In this document: piece by piece, positions 55,105-64,000 of the stretch | How positions within the stretch are numbered: position 1 is the first letter of the stretch | Layout of the letters: the number at the start of each line of letters is the position of its first letter | NCBI GenBank assembly: GCA_964016885.1 | Contig: OZ024741.1 | Coordinates: 397,172,001-397,236,000, forward strand | DNA length: 64,000 nt | Direction: 5' to 3' | From: Eledone cirrhosa | Lineage: Eukaryota | The notes under the pieces: model-generated | The model's database searches: none | Told to the model about the DNA's origin: nothing | Seen by the model: only the letters and a program-made list of their open reading frames with translations | Made by a program: the position numbers and the translations under genes

Positions 55105-58100
55105 CTCACCCTCCCTATCTTTCTCTTTCACTCACTACCTCCATCTCTCTCACACTCCCCATTTCTCTCTATCACTCACTACCTCCATCTCTCTCACTCT
55201 CCCTACCTCTCTCTTTCACTCACTACCTCCATCTCTCTCACTCTCTCCATCTCTCTTTTCACTCACTACCTCCGTCTCTCTCCCTCTACACATCTCTCTC
55301 TTTCACTCACTACCTCTGTCTCTCTCACTCTCCCCATCTCTCTCTTCCACTCACTACCTCCGCCTCTTTCATTCTCCCCATCTCTCTCTCTCACTCACTA
55401 CCTCCGTTTCTCTCACTCTCCCCATTCTCTCTTTTACTCACTACCTCCGTCTCTCTCACTCTCCCCATCTCTCTCTTTCACTCACTACCTCCGTATCTCT
55501 CACTCTCCCCAACTCTCACTTTCACTCACTACCTCCGTCTCTCTCACTCTCCCCATCTCTCACTTTCACTCACTACCTCCGTCTCTCTCCCTCTCCCCAT
55601 CTCTCTCTTTCACTCACTACCTCCGTCTCTCTCACTCTCCCTATCTCTCTCTTTCACTCACTACCTCCACCTCTCTCACTCTCCCCATCTCTCACTTTCA
55701 CTCACTATCTCCGTCTCTCTCACTCTCCCCATCTCTCTCTTTCACTCACTACATTCGTTTCTCTCACTCTCCCCATCTTTCTCTCTCACTCACTACATCC
55801 GTCTCTCTCACTCTCCCCATCTCTCTTTTCACTCACTATCTCCGTCTCTCTCACTCTCCCCATCTCTCTCTTTCACTCACTACCTCCGTTTCTCTCACTC
55901 TCCCCATCTCTCTCTTTCACTCACTATCTCCGTCTCTCTCACTCTCCCCATCTCTCTCTTTCACTCACTACCTCCGTCTCTCTCACTCTCCCCATCTCTC
56001 TCACTCTACCATCTCTCTCTTTCGCTCACTAACTACATCTCTCTCACTCTCCCCATCTCTCTAACTCTCCCATCTCACTCTTTCGCTCACTACCTCCGTT
56101 TCTCTCACTCTCCCCATCTCTCTCTTTCACTCACTACCTCCGTCTCTCTCACTCTCCCATCTCTCTCTTTCACTCACTACCTCCGTCTCACTCACTCTCC
56201 CCATCTCTCTCTTTCACTCACTACCTCCATCTCTCTCACTCTCCCCATCTCTCTCTTTCACTCACTACCTCCGTCTCTCTCACTCTCCCATCTCTCTATT
56301 TCACTCACTACCTCCAATTCTCTCACTCTCCCCATCTCTCTCACTCTCCCATCTCTCTCTTTCGCTCACTACCTACATCTCTCTCACTCTCCCTATCTTT
56401 CTCTTTCACTCACTACCTCCGTCGCTATCACTCTCCCTATCTCTCTCTTTCAGTTACTACCTCCGTCTCTCTCACTCTCCCATCTCTCTCTTTCACTCAC
56501 TACCTCCGTCGCTCTCACCCTCCCTATCTTTCTCTTTCACTCACTACCTCCATCTCTCTCACACTCCCCATTTCTCTCTATCACTCACTACCTCCATCTC
56601 TCTCACTCTCCCTACCTCTCTCTTTCACTCACTACCTCCATCTCTCTCACTCTCTCCATCTCTCTTTTCACTCACTACCTCCGTCTCTCTCCCTCTACAC
56701 ATCTCTCTCTTTCACTCACTACCTCTGTCTCTCTCACTCTCCCCATCTCTCTCTTCCACTCACTACCTCCGCCTCTTTCATTCTCCCCATCTCTCTCTCT
56801 CACTCACTACCTCCGTTTCTCTCACTCTCCCCATTCTCTCTTTTACTCACTACCTCCGTCTCTCTCACTCTCCCCATCTCTCTCTTTCACTCACTACCTC
56901 CGTATCTCTCACTCTCCCCAACTCTCACTTTCACTCACTACCTCCGTCTCTCTCACTCTCCCCATCTCTCACTTTCACTCACTACCTCCGTCTCTCTCCC
57001 TCTCCCCATCTCTCTCTTTCACTCACTACCTCCGTCTCTCTCACTCTCCCTATCTCTCTCTTTCACTCACTACCTCCACCTCTCTCACTCTCCCCATCTC
57101 TCACTTTCACTCACTATCTCCGTCTCTCTCACTCTCCCCATCTCTCTCTTTCACTCACTACATTCGTTTCTCTCACTCTCCCCATCTTTCTCTCTCACTC
57201 ACTACATCCGTCTCTCTCACTCTCCCCATCTCTCTTTTCACTCACTATCTCCGTCTCTCTCACTCTCCCCATCTCTCTCTTTCACTCACTACCTCCGTTT
57301 CTCTCACTCTCCCCATCTCTCTCTTTCACTCACTATCTCCGTCTCTCTCACTCTCCCCATCTCTCTCTTTCACTCACTACCTCCGTCTCTCTCACTCTCC
57401 CCATCTCTCTCACTCTACCATCTCTCTCTTTCGCTCACTAACTACATCTCTCTCACTCTCCCCATCTCTCTAACTCTCCCATCTCACTCTTTCGCTCACT
57501 ACCTCCGTTTCTCTCACTCTCCCCATCTCTCTCTTTCACTCACTACCTCCGTCTCTCTCACTCTCCCATCTCTCTCTTTCACTCACTACCTCCGTCTCAC
57601 TCACTCTCCCCATCTCTCTCTTTCACTCACTACCTCCATCTTTCTCACTCTCCCCATCTCTCTCTTTCACTCACTACCTCCGTCTCTCTCACTCTCCCAT
57701 CTCTCTATTTCACTCACTACCTCCAATTCTCTCACTCTCCCCATCTCTCTCACTCTCCCATCTCTCTCTTTCGCTCACTACCTACATCTCTCTCACTCTC
57801 CCTATCTTTCTCTTTCACTCACTACCTCCGTCGCTATCACTCTCCCTATCTCTCTCTTTCAGTTACTACCTCCGTCTCTCTCACTCTCCCATCTCTCTCT
57901 TTCACTCACTACCTCCGTCGCTCTCACCCTCCCTATCTTTCTCTTTCACTCACTACCTCCATCTCTCTCACACTCCCCATTTCTCTCTATCACTCACTAC
58001 CTCCATCTCTCTCACTCTCCCTACCTCTCTCTTTCACTCACTACCTCCATCTCTCTCACTCTCTCCATCTCTCTTTTCACTCACTACCTCCGTCTCTCTC

Positions 58101-61100
58101 CCTCTACACATCTCTGTCTTTCACTCACTACCTCTGTCTCTCTCACTCTCCCCATCTCTCTCTTCCACTCACTACCTCCGTCTCTTTCATTCTCCCCATC
58201 TCTCTCTCTCACTCTCTACATCCGTTTCTCTCACTCTCCCCATTCTCTCTTTTACTCACTACCTCCGTCTCTCTCACTCTCCCCATCTCTCTCTTTCACT
58301 CACTACCTCCGTATCTCTCACTCTCCCCAACTCTCACTTTCACTCACTACCTCCGTCTCTCTCACTCTCCCCATCTCTCACTTTCACTCACTACCTCCGT
58401 CTCTCTCCCTCTCCCCATCTCTCTCTTTCACTCACTACCTCCGTCTCTCTCACTCTCCCTATCTCTCTCTTTCACTCACTACCTCCACCTCTCTCACTCT
58501 CCCCATCTCTCACTTTCACTCACTATCTCCGTCTCTCTCACTCTCCCCATCTCTCTCTTTCACTCACTACATTCGTTTCTCTCACTCTCCCCATCTTTCT
58601 CTCTCACTCACTACATCCGTCTCTCTCACTCTCCCCATCTCTCTTTTCACTCACTATCTCCGTCTCTCTCACTCTCCCCATCTCTCTCTTTCACTCACTA
58701 CTTCCGTATCTCTCACTCTCCCCATCTCTCAATTTCACTCACTATCTCCGTCTCTCTCACTCTCCCCATCTCTCACTTTCACTCACTACCTCCGTCTCTC
58801 TCCCTCTCCCCATCTCTCTCTTTCACTCACTACCTCCGTTTCTCTCACTCTCCCCACTTCTCTCTTTCACTCACTACCTCCGTCTCTCTCACACTCCCCA
58901 TCTCTCTCTTTCACTCACTACCTGCGTCTCTCTCAGTCTCCCATTTCTCTCTTTCACTCACTATCTCCGTCTCTCTCACTCTCCCCATCTGTCTCTTTCA
59001 CTCACTACCTCCGTCTCTCCTACTCTCCCCATCTCTCTCTTTCACTCACTACCTCCATCTCTCTCACTCTCCCCCATATCTCTCTTTCACTCACTACCTC
59101 CGTCTATCTCACTCTCCCATTTCTCTCTTTCACTCAAGACCTCCGTCTCACTCACTCTCCCCATCTCTCTCTTTCACTCACTACCTCCGTCTCTCTCACT
59201 CTCCCATTTCTCTCTTTCACTCACTACCTCCGTCTCACTCACTCTCCCCATCTCTCTCTTTCACTCACTACCTCCGTCTCTCTCACTCTCCCTACCCCTC
59301 TCTTTCACTCACTACCTCCGTCTCGCTCACTCTCCCCATCTCTCTTTTCACTCACTACCTCCGTCTCTCTCACTCTCTCTACCTCTCTGTTTCACTCACT
59401 ACCTCCGTCCCTCTCACTCTCCCCATCTCTCTTTTCACTCACTACCTTCGTTTCTCTCACTCTCCCCATCTCTCTTTCACTCACTACCTCCGTCTCTCTC
59501 ACTCTCCCCATCTCTCTCTTTCACTCACTACCTTCGTCTATCTCACTCTCCCCATCTCTCTCTTTCACTCACTACCTCCGTCTCTCTCACTCTCCCCATC
59601 TCTCTCTTTCACTCACTACCTCCGTCTCTCTCACTCTCCCCATCTCTCTCACTCTCCCATCTTTCTCTTTCGCTCACTACCTACATCTCTCTCACTCTCG
59701 CCATCTCTCTCTTTCACTCACTACCTCCGTCTCTCTCACTCTCCCCACCCCTCTCTTTCACTCACTACCTCTGTTTCTCTCATTCTCCCCATCACTCTTT
59801 CACTCACTACCTCCGTCTCTCTCACTCTCCCCATCTCTCTCTTTCACTCACTACCTCCGTCTCTCTCACTCTCCCATCTCTCTCTTTCACTCACTACCTC
59901 CGTCTCACTCACTCTCACCATCTCTCTCTTTTACTCACTACCTCCATCTCTCTCACTCCCTCTCCCCATCTCTCTCTTTCACTCACTACCTCCGTCTCTC
60001 TCACTCTCCCCATCTCTCTCTTCCACTCACTACCTCCGTCTCTTTCATTCTCCCCATCTCTCTCTCTCACTCACTACCTCCGTTTCTCTCACTCTCCCCA
60101 ATTCTCTCTTTTACTCACTACCTCCGTCTCTCTCACTCTCCCCATCTCTCTCTTTCACTCACTACCTCCGTATCTCTCACTCTCCCCAACTCTCATTTTC
60201 ACTCACTACTTCCGTCTCTCTCACTCTCCCCATCTCTCACTTTCACTCACTACCTCCGTGTCTCTCCCTCTTTCCATCTCTCTCTTTTACTCACTACCTC
60301 CGTTTCTCTCACTCTCCCCACCTCTCTCTTTCACTCACTACCTCCGTCTCTCTCACTCTCCCCATCTCTCTCTTTCACTCATTACCTCCATCTCTCTCAC
60401 TCTCCCCATCTCTCACTTTCACTCACTACCTCCGTTTCTCTCACTCTCCCCATCTCTCTCTTTCACTCACTATCTCCGTCTCTCTCACTCTCCCCATCTC
60501 TCTCTCTCACTCACTACCTCCGTTTCTCTCACTCTCCCCATCTCTCTTTTCACTCACTACCTCCGTCTCTGTCACTCTCCCCATCTCTCTCTTTCACTCA
60601 CTACCTCCGTATCTCTCACTCTCCCCATCTCTCACTTTCACTCACTACCTCCGTCTCTCTCACTCTCCCCATCTCTCACTTTCACTCAATACCTCCGTCT
60701 CTCTCCCTCTCCCCATCTCTCTCTTTCACTCACTACCTCCGTTTCTCTCACTCTCCCATTTCTCTCTTTCACTCACTACCTCCGTCTCACTCACTCTCCC
60801 CATCTCTCTCTTTCACTCACTACCTCCGTCTCTCTCACTCTACCATTTCTCTCTTTCACTCACTACCTCCGTCTCTCTCACTCTCCCATTTCTCTCTTTT
60901 CACTCACTATCTCCGTCTCTCTCACTCTCCCCATCTCTCTCTTCCACTCACTACCTCCGTCTCTCTCACTCTCTCATTTCTCTCTTTCACTCACTTCCTC
61001 CGTCTCACTCACTCTCCCCATCTCTCTCTTTCACTCACTACCTCCGTCTCTCTCACTCTACCATTTCTCTCTTTCACTCACTACATCCGTCTCTCTCACT

Positions 61101-64000
61101 CTCCCCATCTCTCTCTTTCACTCACTACCTCCGTCTCTCTCACTCTCCCCATCTGTCTCTTTCACTCACTACGTCCGTCTCTCTCACTCTCCCATCTCTC
61201 TCTTTCACTCACTACCTCTGCTTCTCTTACTCTCCCTATCTCTCTCTTTCAATCACTACCTCCATCTCTCTCACTCTCCCCCATCTCTCTCTTTCACTCA
61301 CTACCTCCGTCTCTCTCACTCTCCCATTTCTCTCTTTCACTCACTACCTCCGTCTCTCTCACTCTCCACATCTCTCTATTTCACTCACTACCTCCGTCTC
61401 TTTCACTCTCCCCATCTCTCTCTTTCACTCACTACCTCCGTCAGTCCAACTCTCACCATCTCTCTCTTTCACTCACTACCTCCGTCTCTCTCACTCTCCC
61501 TACCCCTCTCTTTCACTCACTACCTCCGTCTCGCTCACTCTCCCCATCTCTCTTTTCACTCACTACCTCCGTCTCTCTCACTCTCTCTACCTCTCTGTTT
61601 CACTCACTACCTCCGTCCCTCTCACTCTCCCCATCTCTCTTTTCACTCACTACCTCCGTTTCTCTCACTCTCCCCATCTCTCTTTCACTCACTACCTCCG
61701 TCTCTCTCACTCTCCCCATCTCTCTCTTTCACTCACTACCTTCGTCTCTCTCACTCTCCCCATCTCTCTCTTTCACTCACTACCTCCGTCTCTCTCACTC
61801 TCCCCATCTCTCTCTTTCACTCACTACCTCCGTCTCTCTCACTCTCCCCATCTCTCTCACTCTCCCATCTTTCTCTTTCGCTCACTACCTACATCTCTCT
61901 CACTCTCCCCATCTCTCTAACTCTCCCCATCTCTCTCTTTCACTCACTACCTCCGTCTCTCTCACTCTCCCCACCCCTCTCTTTCACTGACTACCTCCGT
62001 TTCTCTCATTCTCCCCATCTCTCTTTCACTCACTACCTCCGTCTCTGTCACTCTCCCCATCTCTCTCTTTCACTCACTACCTCCGTCTCTCTCACTCTCC
62101 CATCTCTCTCTTTCACTCACTACCTCCGTCTCACTCACTCTCCCCATCTCTCTCTTTTACTCACTACCTCCATCTCTCTCACTCCCTCTCCCCATCTCTC
62201 TCTTTCACTCACTACCTCCGTCTCTCTCACTCTCCCCATCTCTCTCTCTCACTCACTACCTCCGTTTCTCTCACTCTCCCCATCTCTCTCTTTCACTCAC
62301 TACTTCCGTCTCTCTCACTCTCCCCATCTCTCACTTTCACTCACTACCTCCGTGTCTCTCCCTCTTTCCATCTCTCTCTTTCACTCACTACCTCCGTTTC
62401 TCTCCCTCTCCCCACCTCTCTCTTTCACTCACTACCTCCGTCTCTCTCACTCCCCCCATCTCTCTCTTTCACTCATTACCTCCACCTCTCTCACTCTCCC
62501 CATCTCTCACTTTCACTCACTACCTCCGTTTCTCTCACTCTCCCCATCTCTCTCTTTCACTCACTATCTCCGTCTCTCTCACTCGCCCCATCTCTCTCTT
62601 TCACTCACTACCTCCGTCTCTCTCACTCTCCCCATCTCTCTCTCTCACTCACTACCTCCGTTTCTCTCACTCTCTCCATCTCTCTTTTCACTCACTACCT
62701 CCGTCTCTCTCACTCTCCCCATCTCTCTCTTTCACTCACTACCTCCGTATCTCTCACTCTCCCCATCTCTCACTTTCACTCACTACCTCTGTCTCTCTCA
62801 CTCTCCCCATCTCTCACTTTCACTCAATACCTCCGTCTCTCTCCCTCTCCCCATCTCTCTCTTTCACTCACTACCTCCGTTTCTCTCACTCTCTCCACCT
62901 CTCTCTTTCACTCACTACCTCCGTCTCTCTCACTCTCCCCATCTCTCTCTTTCACTCTCTACCTCCGTGTCTCTCACTCTCCCCATCTCTCTCTTTCACT
63001 CACTATCTCCGTTTCTCTCACTCTTCCCATCTCTCTCTTTCACTCACTACCTCCGTCTCACTCACTCTCCCCATCTCTCTCTTTCACTCACTACCTCCGT
63101 CTCTCTCACTCTACCATTTCTCTCTTTCACTCACTACCTCCGTCTCGCTCACTCTCCCCATCTCTCTTTTCACTCACTACCTCCGTCTCTCTTACTCTCC
63201 CCATCTCTCTCTTTCACTCACTACCTCTGCCTCTCTTACTCTCCCTATCTCTCTCTTTCACTCACTACCTCCATCTCTCTCAGTCTCCCCATCTCTCTCT
63301 TTCCCTCACTACCTCCATCTCTCTCATTCTCCCATTTCTCTCTTTCACTCACTACCTCCGTCTCACTCACTCTCCCCATCTCTCTCTTTCACTCACTTCC
63401 TCCGTCTCTCTCACTCTACCATTTCTCTCTTTCACTCACTACCTCCGTCTCGCTAACTCTCCCCATCTCACTTTTCACTCACTACCTCCGTCTCTCTCAC
63501 TATCCCTATCTCTCTCTTTCACTCACTACCTCCGTTCGTCTCACTCTCCCCATCTCTCTTTTCACTCACTACCTCCGTCTCTCTCACTCTCCCCATCTCC
63601 CTCTTTCACTCACTACCTCCCTCTCTCTCACTCTCCCCATCTCTCTTTTTCACTCACTACCACCGTCTCTCTCACTCTCCCCATTTCTCTCTTTCACTCA
63701 CTACCTCCGTTTCTCTCACTCTCCCCATCTCTCTTTTCCTCACTACCTCTGTCTCTCTCACTCTCACCATTTCTCTCTTTCACTCACGACCTCCGTCTCT
63801 CTCACTCTCCCCATCTCTCTCTTTCACTCACTACCTCCGTCTCTTTCACTCTCCCCATCTCTCTCTTTCACTCACTACCTCCGTTTCTCTCACTCTCCCC
63901 ATCTCTCTCTTTCACTCACTACCTCCGTCTCTCTCAATCTCCCATCTCTCTCTCTCATTCACTACCTCTGCCTCTCTTACTCTCCCTATCACTCTCTTTC
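55105..64000. repeat. 44-bp CT-rich minisatellite, about 200 units, open at the window's right edge
   Basis: Same consensus as 45164-48890, with a 1409-bp higher-order repeat at its start. Confidence 0.98.

Larger units (their letters stand above)
48891..64000. other. Tandem segmental duplicate of the satellite-end/A/45-mer/B/ACT/C/32-mer/44-mer module, lacking island D
   Basis: Islands A, B and C recur at offsets 12003, 11913 and 11532; 44514-45163 has no counterpart. Confidence 0.92.

Noticed and set aside
45152-57473. Long Leu/Ser/His/Pro ORFs (311-790 aa) in the 44-mer
   Set aside because: The pyrimidine-rich strand rarely forms stops; the unit is not a multiple of three and several frames are open at once.
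1-64000. Telomere or centromere assignment
   Set aside because: No TTAGGG/TTAGG-type arrays; centromere function cannot be inferred from sequence without CENH3 data.

Overview
This is not a prokaryotic or viral gene-dense window. About 97% of it is eukaryote-type tandem repeat DNA, and no protein family, RNA gene, CRISPR array or intact transposon can be recognised. Bases 1-40736 are about 700 copies of a 58-bp (57-bp variant) satellite with nested higher-order duplications. A mosaic module follows: unique island A, 45-bp minisatellite, island B, (ACT)n, island C, 31/32-bp minisatellite, island D, 44-bp CT-rich minisatellite. From 48891 the module recurs about 12 kb downstream, starting with the end of the 58-bp array. 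The second copy has near-identical unique islands, different repeat counts and lacks island D, which is replaced by a chimeric 41-bp tandem duplication at the junction. Island D holds the only gene-like signal (TATA box, ATG, 73 open codons, splice donor), and short candidate exons lie in the other islands. Nearly all listed ORFs are artefacts of repeat translation. TACATGTA and AAGGGAAATAACTC-type motifs weakly suggest a marine invertebrate such as a mollusc; this is inference only. The best leads are the rearrangement junctions, a possible gene with satellite-filled introns, and miRNA seed matches repeated hundreds of times. None is established as a new system. Copy numbers are estimates from array length divided by unit length.
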